Shown one piece after another: positions 18,098 to 29,088 of a stretch of 64,000 bases of DNA. The position numbers and the translations under genes were made by a program. The DNA comes from Promethearchaeota archaeon. Its GTDB lineage: Archaea; Asgardarchaeota; Lokiarchaeia; Sigyniarchaeales; SOKP01. The stretch lies in NCBI GenBank assembly GCA_048938005.1, contig JBHLMQ010000002.1, forward strand, positions 1-64,000. The letters run 5' to 3'. How positions within the stretch are numbered: the first letter of the stretch is position 1; the number at the start of each line of letters is the position of its first letter. The notes beneath the pieces are model-generated. The model made no database searches. It saw only the letters and a list, made by a program, of their open reading frames with translations, and was not told the origin of the DNA.

Positions 18098-18901
18098 TTA
18101 TAAATCAAATAATTCTTCTTTTAATATTTTTAATTGGCTATAAAGGCTTTTAATTGCATTAATTCCATTAGAATTTTGATTAAAATCTATAGGGGATTCT
18201 CCATTTAGATCTGCTTTTCCGATTTCTGAATCGAATGGAATTGAGTTATAGAGTGGAACCTCCCAATCCTTAATTCGCTGTTTAATAACATCTAATTGTG
18301 AATCATCAATTATCTTATTCGCTATTAAGTAAATATTGATAATACCTAATTTTTTAGATAATTCTACTATTTTTTCACATAAATCTAAGGATTTTTGGGA
18401 TGGCTCAGTTATAACTAACATGATATCTATTCCTTTCGCGGTACCTCTTCCCAAATGTTCCAATCCCGCTTCAAAGTCAACTATTATAACTTCGTCTCTT
18501 TTTACAAAAAGGTGGTATAATAACGTCCTAATTAAGGCATTTTCAGGACAGAGACAACCGGTTGCAGGTTCTTCAATCGAGCCGAGTACCAATAATTGTA
18601 ATCCGTCTGGTCCTGAAACTTTATATCTATCAGGAATATCAGAAACTTTAGGATTAATATTATAAATCCCTGGTCCTCCTCCTTTAACAGAAGTTCTTTC
18701 TTCGATTAATCTTTTCATTTCAGAGATAGGAATGATTTCTTCTTTTTTCTTTTTATCAATTCCTAATGTATAACTCAAATTCATAGCAGAATCATTATCG
18801 ATTGCTAAAACTTTAAACCCATCCTTGGCAAAAAATCTTGCCAGAGTTCCGGCGATTAATGTCTTTCCAACTCCACCCTTTCCACTAACTGCGATTTTCA
18901 T
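18098..18901 (-). CDS. cooC: CooC/AcsF-family nickel-insertion ATPase
   Basis: MKIAVSGKGGVGKT, GCLCPEN and DFEAGLEHLGRGT. Confidence 0.9.
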   Translation of the reverse strand: MKIAVSGKGGVGKTLIAGTLARFFAKDGFKVLAIDNDSAMNLSYTLGIDKKKKEEIIPISEMKRLIEERTSVKGGGPGIYNINPKVSDIPDRYKVSGPDGLQLLVLGSIEEPATGCLCPENALIRTLLYHLFVKRDEVIIVDFEAGLEHLGRGTAKGIDIMLVITEPSQKSLDLCEKIVELSKKLGIINIYLIANKIIDDSQLDVIKQRIKDWEVPLYNSIPFDSEIGKADLNGESPIDFNQNSNGINAIKSLYSQLKILKEELFDL

Positions 18902-19019
18902 TTGAGTTAAATAATAATTTGAAATAAATTAAATTTTTTATTTATAAGTATAAACAAATTAGGATAAAATACAAAACTAGAATAATATTAAGCCATCTGA
19001 ATTAAATAATACATAGGAT

Positions 19020-19781
19020 TTGCATATTTATATAATTATAATGCCAACTATTCAAGAGTTACTAAGAGATAATTATTCATTTAAACAAGCAGAGTCTATT
19101 CAAATCAAATATCAAAATTTAATTAGTCAATTACCAAAAAATAATTATTTTATGAGTATAGAGTCAATTAAAACTGTTGTTGGAGTAGATATATCATACT
19201 ATAAAAGAAAAAATTATGAATATGGAGTCGCTTGTGCAGTAATATGGGATTTAAATCAAGATAAAAAAGAAGCTCATTATTTTTCCCATGATCGTATTAA
19301 TTTCTCTTATAAACCAGGATTTTTAGGATTTCGGGAATGTAAACTCTTAGCAAAAGTAATTTCAAGAATTCCAAGAAGACCAGATCTTATAATGTGTGAT
19401 GGTCATGGAAAAATACACCCAAGAAGATTTGGAGAAGCAACCCATCTTGGTTTTGCTCTAGATATTCCTAGTATAGGGATAGCTAAAAATCCATTTATTG
19501 GATATTCAAAATGGGATAGAATTGAAAAAATTATGGGTAATAAAGCCCCTATATGGGCAATCGATCCAAAAAATACAAATAAAGAGCAATCAAATGAACT
19601 GCTAGGATACGCTGTTTGCCTCAACGACGGTTCAAAGCCCATTTTTATAAGTGAAGGGTATAAAATTACACTTGATAATGCCATAAAAATCTGTTTAAAT
19701 ACTGGTAAAGGACATCGCCAGCCAGAACCACTTTATTTAGCTGACTTTCTTTCAAAAAAAGAAGTAAATGAACATTTTTAG
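19020..19781 (+). CDS. nfi: Endonuclease V (likely start ATG at 19041)
   Basis: GVDISY, Y.PGFLGFRE, DGHGKIHPRRFG.ATHLG, GIAK and R.PEPLYLAD. Confidence 0.92.
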   Translation: MHIYIIIMPTIQELLRDNYSFKQAESIQIKYQNLISQLPKNNYFMSIESIKTVVGVDISYYKRKNYEYGVACAVIWDLNQDKKEAHYFSHDRINFSYKPGFLGFRECKLLAKVISRIPRRPDLIMCDGHGKIHPRRFGEATHLGFALDIPSIGIAKNPFIGYSKWDRIEKIMGNKAPIWAIDPKNTNKEQSNELLGYAVCLNDGSKPIFISEGYKITLDNAIKICLNTGKGHRQPEPLYLADFLSKKEVNEHF

Positions 19782-20041
19782 ATAGGTTTTCCCATCTCTT
19801 GCATTTTTTTAGAAATCTGCATTAATTCATTGAAAATCTTCACATTTTCTTCAGGTTCTATTGCTTTTAACAATTTTTCATTAAGATTTTTCATTTTTAA
19901 TGTCAATTCAATAAATTCTTGTGGTGGTTCTATTCGATATTGGTATTTCCTCCTTCCATCTTTAGTTATCTCAACATATACCCATTTTTCTGCCTTTTGT
20001 GACCAATTCCATCTATTCGGTGTAAATAACCTTCTTCCCAT
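19778..20041 (-). CDS. Hypothetical protein
   Basis: 87-aa ORF, Trp-rich N-terminus and helical C-terminus; convergent 4-nt overlap with nfi. Confidence 0.6.
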   Translation of the reverse strand: MGRRLFTPNRWNWSQKAEKWVYVEITKDGRRKYQYRIEPPQEFIELTLKMKNLNEKLLKAIEPEENVKIFNELMQISKKMQEMGKPI

Positions 20042-20139
20042 GGTTTAGAATCCTGTTATGAAAGATATCCATATAAATTTAAAGTATCATAATTTATGAA
20101 TAAGTCTATTTTCTATATCATATTTGTAAAATTAATTTG

Positions 20140-21507
20140 TTATAAGCATAGATCATCTAAAATTCTTAAAGCAAGCTCTCTAACGTCTACATCAATATCC
20201 TCAGTGAATTTTTTAAATAAGGGCTTTAATTCATCAGTTTTCTTTTCATATTTACTAAGAGCTTTGATAATACTATATCTAACTAACCAATCTTTATCAT
20301 CAAGCATTCTAAGAAAAGCATCATAAACTTTATTGTTTTTTATTACACTTAATATTCTTATTGCATTTCTCTTAGTCTCATTATTATTACTCTGTAGGTC
20401 CTGAATTAGCGAATCTACTATTTTTATTTTCTTATCTTCATCAAGTAAATTATACATTCTATAAAAAAGAGAGAGATGAAGCATTTTTGGAAGATTTTGC
20501 TCTATCTCTATTTTTCCAATTTCTTTACTTGATAGTCTTTGTTTTAATTCGCTTAAAATTTCATTGAGGGCGTTATTATCTTTTTGAGACTTTATTAATT
20601 TGGATTTAACATCATCTAATTCATCTTTCATCTCTGCAAATTGTAATGTATCTTCGGTAGTGATTATTGTAGGTTCACTGGATTCAACTAATTGTTCTTG
20701 TAAAAATCTCACTTGAGCTTCATAATCTTCTAATTCTGATGTTAACGTGTCAATTGTACCATTTGCCAATTCTAATTTTTCCGCATTTATAGTTTTAAGT
20801 TCTTCTAATTTTGATTTTAATGATTCTATTTCTGATGTTAAAATTGCAATTTTTTTATTGGCTGCCTCTAATTCTTCTGAATCTAATTCATCTATGCGTT
20901 CTTGCAATTTAGCTTTTAGTGATTCTATCTCCACACGTAATAAACCATTTTCTTCCATTAATTGAAAGTTCAGCCTTTTAACATTTATTAATTCTTCATT
21001 TATTTCATTTTTAACAGTATCTTCAATAAGATCTTCAACATTACCTTGTTTCGATTGGATCTCTTCAATTTGAGTTTGTAATAGTTCTATTTGATTTCTA
21101 TATTGATCGATCTCATCAGTTAATTGGACAATCAAGTCTTGTGCGTTAAGAAATTCTTGATTATCATTTGTTCCGAAATTAACTGTTTCCTTATCACCAT
21201 AAGATAGAGCCAATTCTTCAATTTTTTCATGTAATTTGTCAATTTCATCTTCCTTTTGGCTTAAATCTTGTCGTTGTGAAATTATCATATCTTTTAAGAC
21301 ATCATATTCACTAGGTAATTCACTTTTTTCAATTTGTTCATCTTTCATTTGACTTTTGAGATTTTCAATTAAGGTCTTCTGTTCTTTTACTGTAAATTCC
21401 AATCGATTTATTTCTTCTTTTAGAGAATGAATTTCTTTTTCTATTTCGGCCTGTGATTGTGTCTCCTTTTCAACTGTATTAATTAAGTCTTTCAAATCTT
21501 TGCTCAT
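20140..21507 (-). CDS. Long coiled-coil protein with C-terminal HEAT repeats
   Basis: About 330 aa of heptad E/K/L-rich sequence, then L.D.DWLVRYSIIKAL and D.DVDVRELALRIL HEAT-like repeats. Confidence 0.8.
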   Translation of the reverse strand: MSKDLKDLINTVEKETQSQAEIEKEIHSLKEEINRLEFTVKEQKTLIENLKSQMKDEQIEKSELPSEYDVLKDMIISQRQDLSQKEDEIDKLHEKIEELALSYGDKETVNFGTNDNQEFLNAQDLIVQLTDEIDQYRNQIELLQTQIEEIQSKQGNVEDLIEDTVKNEINEELINVKRLNFQLMEENGLLRVEIESLKAKLQERIDELDSEELEAANKKIAILTSEIESLKSKLEELKTINAEKLELANGTIDTLTSELEDYEAQVRFLQEQLVESSEPTIITTEDTLQFAEMKDELDDVKSKLIKSQKDNNALNEILSELKQRLSSKEIGKIEIEQNLPKMLHLSLFYRMYNLLDEDKKIKIVDSLIQDLQSNNNETKRNAIRILSVIKNNKVYDAFLRMLDDKDWLVRYSIIKALSKYEKKTDELKPLFKKFTEDIDVDVRELALRILDDLCL

Positions 21508-21713
21508 GATCTATATTTCCAATTAATCTAATCTCTATAGAAAATATTCATCAATCTATCTTTATAATGTTAATTATCTCTATAAATTTTTAGTATTATC
21601 TTTAAATATCGTATAGCGAAAAAATCAACTATTTTACTATCTGGAATTCTTCAATTATTATTTTTAATTAAAAAGAAGGTATAAACAAGAGATTTCCATC
21701 CAATTTAATTATT

Positions 21714-22190
21714 TTATAATATTTTTATTCGAAGAATCTTATCCCCTTGTACGATTGAATTAACTATGGTTTGATCTGATTCACGGATTACTTCCCCAAA
21801 AATAGTGTGTTTATTATTAAGGTGCGGGGTGGGGACATGAGTAATAAAAAACTGAGAACCATTTGTATTTGAACCTGCATTTGCCATTGCTAAAATTCCG
21901 GGTTTTTCAAATTTTTTTCCACTTTGAAATTCATCTTGGAAGGGATACTCTACATTCCGACCTTTATAAGGAAATGAAGTAAAGCCTTTATCCTTTGGAC
22001 CTCCATAACCTTTACCCAAAGGATCTCCTCCTTGTATCATGAAATCTTCAATAACTCTATGGAAAATTATTCCATTATAAAACCCATTTTTTGCTAAATA
22101 TAGAAAGCTAGCGACGGTCATTGGAGCATCATCATCAAATAAATTGAGGTTAATTTCGCCTTTATTTGTTTCTAGAACAATTCTCGTCAT
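21714..22190 (-). CDS. Cyclophilin-type peptidyl-prolyl isomerase
   Basis: [32 protein letters not shown] and HTIFGEV. Confidence 0.96.
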   Translation of the reverse strand: MTRIVLETNKGEINLNLFDDDAPMTVASFLYLAKNGFYNGIIFHRVIEDFMIQGGDPLGKGYGGPKDKGFTSFPYKGRNVEYPFQDEFQSGKKFEKPGILAMANAGSNTNGSQFFITHVPTPHLNNKHTIFGEVIRESDQTIVNSIVQGDKILRIKIL

Positions 22191-22340
22191 AGAAGATGAA
22201 AAGATGAAATATTTTTAATTATTATGTTTTTGAGATCCAATTCTAGAAATGCATTTTTAATCAATGAAAAATTTAAAAATAATTACAGTAATAAAATTTT
22301 ATACAAGCTTTAGAATATATATTTAATCTCAAATACAAAA

Positions 22341-24491
22341 ATGGCTAATATAGATATCTCATTTTTCTTCAGTCCTAAGAGCATAGCAATTGTTGGTGCA
22401 AGTGATACTAAGGGTAAAGTAGGTAATACTGTAATAAATAATATTATTAACTCAGGCTATAAAGGAAAAATTTTTCCTATAAATCCTAAAGTTGATGAAA
22501 TTTGTGGGCTTTCAAGTTATGATAGTGTTTTGAATGTACCAGATGATATTGATATAGCTATTTTTGTTATACCAGGAAAATTCGTGAATAAAGTAGCAGA
22601 AGAATGTGGTAAAAAAAGGGTAAAAGGACTAATTATCATTTCAGCAGGTTTTAAAGAGATCGGTGGTGAAGGTGTTGAAAGAGAAGAGCAGCTTATCAAG
22701 ATATGTAAAAAGTATAACTTAAGAATTTTGGGCCCAAATTGCCTAGGATTTATTGGCCTAAATTACAATGGTTCATTTGCTGCAGAAACCCCTAAAAAAG
22801 GAGATATTGCTATGATATCACAATCAGGTGCTATGCTTACAGGTATGATGGATTACAGTATGACACAGGCTTTTGGATTCTCTTGTAATATTAGTTTAGG
22901 GAATAAGGCAGACTTAGGCGCGGTAGATTTTATAGAGTATTTAGCTGATGATGAAAATACTAAAGTAATTTTATGTTATTTGGAAAGTATTAAAGATGGA
23001 CAAAAATTTTTAGAGATTCTCCCTAATGCCACCAAAAAAAAACCAATTATCATATTGAAATCTGGAGTAAGTGATGCTGGTGCTAGGGCAGCTTCAAGTC
23101 ATACAGGGGCATTAGCAGGAGCGGATATTGCTTACGATTTAGCATTTGAGAAATGTGGAGTGATTAGGGCAAAAACAACTGAAGATTTATTCGATTATGG
23201 AGAAATCTTTCTTTATCAGCCAGTTCCTAAAGATAATTCTTTTACGATAATTACAAATGCTGGAGGTCCTGGAATTGTAGCAACTGATGCATTTGAAAGA
23301 GAAAAGTTAAAGTTTGCAAGTTTATCAGAGCCAATTCTTCACACTTTAAGAGCAAATTTACCTTTAGAAGCATCAATCTTTAACCCAATAGATATTGTAG
23401 GAGATGCTTCTCCAGACCGGTATGATTTTACAATAAAAACTGTTTTTGGGTTAAATTCAGGACAAGATTTTGGTGAAATTACAACCCAAGGTGCTTTAAT
23501 AATTGTAACACCACAAGCTCAAACAAAACCTACTGAAGTTGCCAAACTCATTTATAATATATCTAAGAATCATTTAAATGAAAAACCGATTGTATGTTCT
23601 TTCATAGGCGGCAAAAACATTTCTGAAGGCGCAGATTATTTAAGGCAAAATCAGATTCCGTGTTATCACTTTCCAGACAGAGCCGCTCATTCGTTAAGAA
23701 CATTAATACAACGGCGTGAATATTTGAATAGTATTCCTATCGATGAGCTTGAAATTCAATCATTCAAAGTAGATAAAAAAAAGGTAAAAGAGATTTTCTC
23801 TAAAGTCCGTGAAGATGGTAGGGTGGTTCTATTAAGTTATGAAACTAGTGAAGTTTTTGATTGTTATGGTATTAAATCTCCAAAATCACGTTTGGCTCAA
23901 ACTCCAAAAGAAGCAATGATTTTACAATCTGAAATCGGTAAATCTGTCATGAAAATAGTTAGCCCCAATATCATACACAAAACAGATATTGGAGGAATTT
24001 TATTAAATATTGAAACAGAGCAAGATGCTTTTGAGGCTTATATACAAATTTTAAATAATGCAAAAAAATTTGGGCCTCAAAATGCAAAAATTTATGGTGT
24101 AGAGGTGCAAGAAATGATTGATTTTAAAAGTGAGCCGAAAGTAAACGAAATAATCATTGGAATGTCTAGAGATCCTCAATTTGGACCACTTCTTATGTTT
24201 GGTACTGGTGGAATTTATGCAAATTTCATGCAAGATGTAGCTTTTGCTTTAGCTTATAAATTTACTAAAGATGATGCAAAAAAATTAATAGAAAATACTA
24301 AAATTTACACTCTTCTCCATGGTGTCAGAGGAGAAGCCCCATCTGACATTGAAGCGATCATTGACGTGTTATTAAGACTTTCACAGTTAGTTAATGATTT
24401 TCCTGATATTGTCGAGTTAGATATTAATCCACTATTAGCTTTTGTTAAAGGGTATAGTGCGGTTGATATAAAAATTACCATAAAAAGATAA
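22341..24491 (+). CDS. acd: ADP-forming acetyl/acyl-CoA synthetase, fused alpha-beta
   Basis: SIAIVGAS, GPNCLG, SQSGA, ASSHTGALAG (phospho-His), HKTDIGG and ELDINPL. Confidence 0.93.
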   Translation: MANIDISFFFSPKSIAIVGASDTKGKVGNTVINNIINSGYKGKIFPINPKVDEICGLSSYDSVLNVPDDIDIAIFVIPGKFVNKVAEECGKKRVKGLIIISAGFKEIGGEGVEREEQLIKICKKYNLRILGPNCLGFIGLNYNGSFAAETPKKGDIAMISQSGAMLTGMMDYSMTQAFGFSCNISLGNKADLGAVDFIEYLADDENTKVILCYLESIKDGQKFLEILPNATKKKPIIILKSGVSDAGARAASSHTGALAGADIAYDLAFEKCGVIRAKTTEDLFDYGEIFLYQPVPKDNSFTIITNAGGPGIVATDAFEREKLKFASLSEPILHTLRANLPLEASIFNPIDIVGDASPDRYDFTIKTVFGLNSGQDFGEITTQGALIIVTPQAQTKPTEVAKLIYNISKNHLNEKPIVCSFIGGKNISEGADYLRQNQIPCYHFPDRAAHSLRTLIQRREYLNSIPIDELEIQSFKVDKKKVKEIFSKVREDGRVVLLSYETSEVFDCYGIKSPKSRLAQTPKEAMILQSEIGKSVMKIVSPNIIHKTDIGGILLNIETEQDAFEAYIQILNNAKKFGPQNAKIYGVEVQEMIDFKSEPKVNEIIIGMSRDPQFGPLLMFGTGGIYANFMQDVAFALAYKFTKDDAKKLIENTKIYTLLHGVRGEAPSDIEAIIDVLLRLSQLVNDFPDIVELDINPLLAFVKGYSAVDIKITIKR

Positions 24492-24509
24492 TAAAAAATT
24501 AGAAAAAAA

Positions 24510-25580
24510 GTGAAAAGAATGGTAAAAGCTTTCTATTTAAGTTCCTTAAAAGAACGTGCTGGAAAGAGTTTTCTTTCAATAGGTTTTATCCAAAAATTAA
24601 AGAAAGAAGGAAAAAAATTTGTATATTTTAAGCCAATTGGTGTTCCTAAAGGCGCTTTTACAAATAAAGCAGATCCTGATGTCGGTTTTATCTTAAATAC
24701 AGTATATCAAACAGATCATCCATATGATTTTATTTCCCCTGTGTCAATTCCAGATGCCTATTATATTGATTTAATTGATGCAATTAAAAAGGAAGAATAT
24801 TTACAAAAGATTAAAAAAGCTTATGATAAAATTACTAAAGATGTGGAATATATAGTTATTGAAGGCAATCCAAGTATTAGAAAGTTTATTAGAGTAGGAA
24901 TCGATGATGTCAGTATCGCACAAACTCTAGGGATAAATGAATTGATATTTGTTTCTACAGAATCATCAGATCGATGTATAGATAACTTCTTTTTCACTAA
25001 GAATTATTTTGAATTCCGCAAAGTCAGTATTTTGGGTATTCTTTTTAATAAAATAGATTATGAATACATAGCAAGAATTAAAGAGCTAACAGAAGATCAT
25101 ATAAATAGATATAATATCCCAGTGTTAGGTATCATAGAAAAAAGTTTAGAATTATTTTCACCTCGAGTTAATGAAATGAAAGAACAAATCGGAGGAGAAT
25201 TAATAAATGAACAAGCGTCATCTGGTTTAAATAATCTAGTAGAAACATACCTTATAGGAGCTATGAATGCACAAGCTGCCTTAAAATATTTAAGACAAGT
25301 TAAACGAGCAGCATTTATTACGGGGGGTGATCGAACTGATTTAGCCATGGCAGCATTAGATCAAGATGTTTCTACACTAATTTTAACAGGTTTTATTCAC
25401 CCCGACATGGGTGTAATTACTGCTGCGAATGAGAAGGGTATACCTATTATATTAAGCCCTTCTGACACTTACACTACCATGAGAAATTTAGAAAGGTTAA
25501 AACCCGGAATTCAAGAAGATGAAATTGAAAAAGTTTTAAATTTGATTGAAAAAGAAATTGATTGGAATTTATTATTATAA
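24510..25580 (+). CDS. Phosphotransacetylase N-terminal-like (BioD-like plus DRTGG domain) protein
   Basis: AGKSFLS, YFKPIG, GAM, ITGGDRTD and LILTG; the usual neighbour of acd. Confidence 0.87.
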   Translation: MKRMVKAFYLSSLKERAGKSFLSIGFIQKLKKEGKKFVYFKPIGVPKGAFTNKADPDVGFILNTVYQTDHPYDFISPVSIPDAYYIDLIDAIKKEEYLQKIKKAYDKITKDVEYIVIEGNPSIRKFIRVGIDDVSIAQTLGINELIFVSTESSDRCIDNFFFTKNYFEFRKVSILGILFNKIDYEYIARIKELTEDHINRYNIPVLGIIEKSLELFSPRVNEMKEQIGGELINEQASSGLNNLVETYLIGAMNAQAALKYLRQVKRAAFITGGDRTDLAMAALDQDVSTLILTGFIHPDMGVITAANEKGIPIILSPSDTYTTMRNLERLKPGIQEDEIEKVLNLIEKEIDWNLLL

Positions 25581-25853
25581 TAAATTATTTTTATTTAGTT
25601 TGATTTTTAAAGTATTTTATTCTATATTTTATTTTATTTTTCTATTTGATTTAATATTTTGAATATAAACTTAATAGTAAATTATTACACATAATAAACT
25701 TTTAATATCAGCTTTCTATCTTATTGAAAAATATAATTCCCCAATAATCAGAAATCTTTAAATATTATAGAGAAACAATATATAACTAGCAACAATAGAA
25801 ATTCAAAAAAAAATAAATTATAAAAATAAATATAAAAAAAAAGGTTTTTAAAT

Positions 25854-26273
25854 ATGGCAATAAAAGATAAAGCATGGCTTATTACTTTAGTAGGAAGCGT
25901 TCTTTCCTTGATTGGGTGGTGCACACCATATATATGGGTCCAGATGGGGTCAGTATATGCTATGACATGGTCATGGGGATTAATAGTAACATCTATGGGG
26001 TCAGGGTTTTCAGTTGACTTGATGATTGGAGGAATCCTTATTATAATCGGCGCAATTTTAGGAATAGCAACTGGTTATTTAGCTAAGTCGCGTGAAAATT
26101 TAAAAACAATGGCAATAGCTTGGCTAGTAAGTGGGATTTTAGTACTTGTAGGAGTGATTATACCCGTAGCAATGATGGGTATGGCTGTTGGCTTAAGTAT
26201 TGGTTTTTTCCTACCATTAATTGGTTCAATTCTTGCGATTATTGCTGGAATACTTCCCCTTGCTATTAAATAA
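25854..26273 (+). CDS. Small multi-pass membrane protein
   Basis: About four hydrophobic Gly-rich helices; TP.IW...WSWG motif near the N-terminus. Confidence 0.7.
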   Translation: MAIKDKAWLITLVGSVLSLIGWCTPYIWVQMGSVYAMTWSWGLIVTSMGSGFSVDLMIGGILIIIGAILGIATGYLAKSRENLKTMAIAWLVSGILVLVGVIIPVAMMGMAVGLSIGFFLPLIGSILAIIAGILPLAIK

Positions 26274-26447
26274 ATGGTATAAAAGATAATTAAATTATTT
26301 AAATTATTTTTTTTTTTATTGTACTAATACTTTTGTTCATAATCTAAGATAAATAGAATTGAAAAATTCTTCTTTAATTTCATAACCTTTTTATAGGTTT
26401 ATTAGATAATAAAAAAATAACGAAACTCAATTTTGATTTGAAAAACT

Positions 26448-27170
26448 ATGACAGAAATAAGAAATTATATTTGGGTATTTCCAATTGTCGCTGGAGTTCT
26501 CACAATAGCCTCACTTTTGGCTCCAGCACTTTCTAATAGTTATTTTGGTTATATTTCAACAAATCTTTGGTTTTGGGGTTTGTACAGTTATAATTTTCTT
26601 ACTATCTATACAGGTACAGTATTTGTTACAGAAACGATGGTTCTAGTTTTCTCCCTTATTACAACGGGTATACTCGCAACAGGTGGAATTTTAATGCTAT
26701 TATCTGGTATGGCTAATAAATCAGGGAGATTTGAACTAGAAACTGTTAGAAATTTGTCATTATTATGTGGCGTTTTATTTATTATTTCTGATATTTTATG
26801 GCTTATCATGGTACCCATGAATTTTCCAATAGACACATATTTTCCAAATCCTGATCCTATTACATTTACTATAACTTTTTGGAATTTGAGTTCTATGGGC
26901 GTTTCTATTCCGCTTCATAATGTGGGATTTGGAGTTATTGGAGTGATTTTATCAGCAACTATAGCTTTTGGTAGTACGGGGGCAGCTCATTATTATTTAA
27001 AAGAGCGCCCAGTGAAAATCCCTGAAAAGAAAGAAGTTATAGCACCCACTAAAGAACCAAGCCCTCCGGTAAAGACAAAATTTGATTTTTGTCCAGAATG
27101 TGGAGCAAAAATTGAAGACCCTAGTACCAAATTTTGTGGAAAGTGTGGATTTGAATTTAAAATCCCTTAA
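26448..27170 (+). CDS. Membrane protein with C-terminal zinc ribbon
   Basis: 4 TM helices, Pro/Lys linker, FCPECGAK...KFCGKCG. Confidence 0.8.
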   Translation: MTEIRNYIWVFPIVAGVLTIASLLAPALSNSYFGYISTNLWFWGLYSYNFLTIYTGTVFVTETMVLVFSLITTGILATGGILMLLSGMANKSGRFELETVRNLSLLCGVLFIISDILWLIMVPMNFPIDTYFPNPDPITFTITFWNLSSMGVSIPLHNVGFGVIGVILSATIAFGSTGAAHYYLKERPVKIPEKKEVIAPTKEPSPPVKTKFDFCPECGAKIEDPSTKFCGKCGFEFKIP

Positions 27171-27453
27171 CTCGATCAATTTTAAATTACTTTTTTTTTC
27201 TTTTATAAGAATGAGTTTATCTTTTAAAATTATATAATTCTTTTCATTAGTTATATCCTTACAAATTAAGCATAATAAATTGAAGAATTATCTATTTATC
27301 CCAATCATATATATAATCATTCTCTAAATAATTTTATTTGGAAAGAGAAATATTATTGATTTTTAATTAGATAACAAACTTAATTAATTTTATATGACAA
27401 TTCCAATCATAAGATATTTTAATACTTACAAGTTTTCTAATAAGTGAATTGGA

Positions 27454-28638
27454 ATGGTTACTAAGAGAGTAAATGAGATTGAATATGCCATTAGAGAGAT
27501 TGCTGCTGTTGCTGATAAAGTTGCTAAAAGTGGAATAGAAATTTTTCACCTAAATATAGGTGACCCAGTAATTTATGATTTTAATACTCCAAAATATATC
27601 TCTCAAGCTGTCGCGGATGCTACGTTTAAAGGAAAGAATTATTATGTTAATTCACTAGGTGCTCCTGAACTTCGTGAAGAATTAAGTAAGTATATAACAA
27701 AAATTAACAACATTAATATTGATGCAGATGATGTTTTAGTTACCACAGGAGTGACTGAAGCGATTTTTTTTATACTCGCTAGTTATATAGAAAATAAAAA
27801 CGAACTTCTTATTCCTGGACCAAGCTATCCATTATATATTAATTACACTAAATTTTTTAACGGAATTCCTGTAGAATATGAATTAGATGAATTTAATGAT
27901 TGGGAACCTAATACTGATGATTTAAGAAGCAAAATATCAGATAAAACAAGGGCAATTTTAATTTGTTCTCCAAATAATCCTACAGGTGTAATGTATAGCG
28001 AAAGGATGATAAAAGAAATAATTAATATTGCCGGAGAATTTAATTTACCAATTATATCTGATGAGATTTATGATCAAATTATATATGAAAAACCCTTCAC
28101 TTCTCCTGCAACGCTGAGCAAGGATGTTCCAATAATTGGCTTGAATGGCTTTTCTAAATCTCACCTTGCTACTGGTTGGAGATTAGGGTATATGTATTAT
28201 CATGATCCTGAAAATAAACTTGAAGATTTAAAAGCGGGTATCGCAAAATTAGCAAGAGCAAGACTTTCTGCGAGTTCAATTGCCCAATATGCTGCCATCG
28301 AAATATTAAAAAATCCTGGAACTCATACGAAGGAAATGGTAAAAGCATTAAAAGAACGTCGAGACTTTTCATACAATAGATTAAGGAAAATCGAAGGAAT
28401 AACATGTGTAAAGCCAAATGGAGCATTTTATCTTTTTCCTAAACTTGATTTAAAAGAGTTAAAAAAATGGAAAGATGATAAAGATTTTACCATAAATTTA
28501 TTGGAAACAACTGGGATCTGCGGTGTATATGGTTCGGGATTTGGAAACTACGGAAAAGACCATATAAGATTTACTTTCTTACCAGATTTAGAAATATTAG
28601 ATACTGTGTATAATCTTTTAGAAGATTTTTTAAAATAA
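27454..28638 (+). CDS. Class I/II PLP aminotransferase (AlaA-like alanine aminotransferase)
   Basis: IEYAIR, LNIGDP, SPNNPTG, SDEIYD and NGFSKSHLATGWRLG (PLP Lys). Confidence 0.9.
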   Translation: MVTKRVNEIEYAIREIAAVADKVAKSGIEIFHLNIGDPVIYDFNTPKYISQAVADATFKGKNYYVNSLGAPELREELSKYITKINNINIDADDVLVTTGVTEAIFFILASYIENKNELLIPGPSYPLYINYTKFFNGIPVEYELDEFNDWEPNTDDLRSKISDKTRAILICSPNNPTGVMYSERMIKEIINIAGEFNLPIISDEIYDQIIYEKPFTSPATLSKDVPIIGLNGFSKSHLATGWRLGYMYYHDPENKLEDLKAGIAKLARARLSASSIAQYAAIEILKNPGTHTKEMVKALKERRDFSYNRLRKIEGITCVKPNGAFYLFPKLDLKELKKWKDDKDFTINLLETTGICGVYGSGFGNYGKDHIRFTFLPDLEILDTVYNLLEDFLK

Positions 28639-28654
28639 ACTATTTAAGCAAATT

Positions 28655-28945
28655 GTGGTGGAACTCATACGAAAAAGTGAAGAAAAAAATCTTCGAATAA
28701 GTATTTATTTTGACTGTATATGTGGTTCTATTTCAGCAATAATATCTTTAAGTTGTATTATCTTTTTTGCCATAGTAGAAGGGATTGAATCACCGGGCTG
28801 GTTCACAGTGGGTCTTACATTTTGGATTTCTTGGTTAATTTTCTCGATCTTCCTGATTAGCTTAGGTATTTATACCTATCTTCAAGAAAAACATTTTGAT
28901 GAAAAAAAACAAAAAAAAAAATTAAAAGCACCAATAGTATCATAA
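28655..28945 (+). CDS. Small 2-TM membrane protein
   Basis: Two hydrophobic helices and a basic tail. Confidence 0.6.
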   Translation: MVELIRKSEEKNLRISIYFDCICGSISAIISLSCIIFFAIVEGIESPGWFTVGLTFWISWLIFSIFLISLGIYTYLQEKHFDEKKQKKKLKAPIVS

Positions 28946-29088
28946 TTTTACTTATTGTAATTAAAATTTATTAAACGAAATTTAAGATAATTTCAGCAGA
29001 TTTGAATTTATGATCTTAAAATACATATGAATAACGCTTTTTAAAATCTGAAGATAAGTTTTATATACATATTTGTCTTAATAATGTA

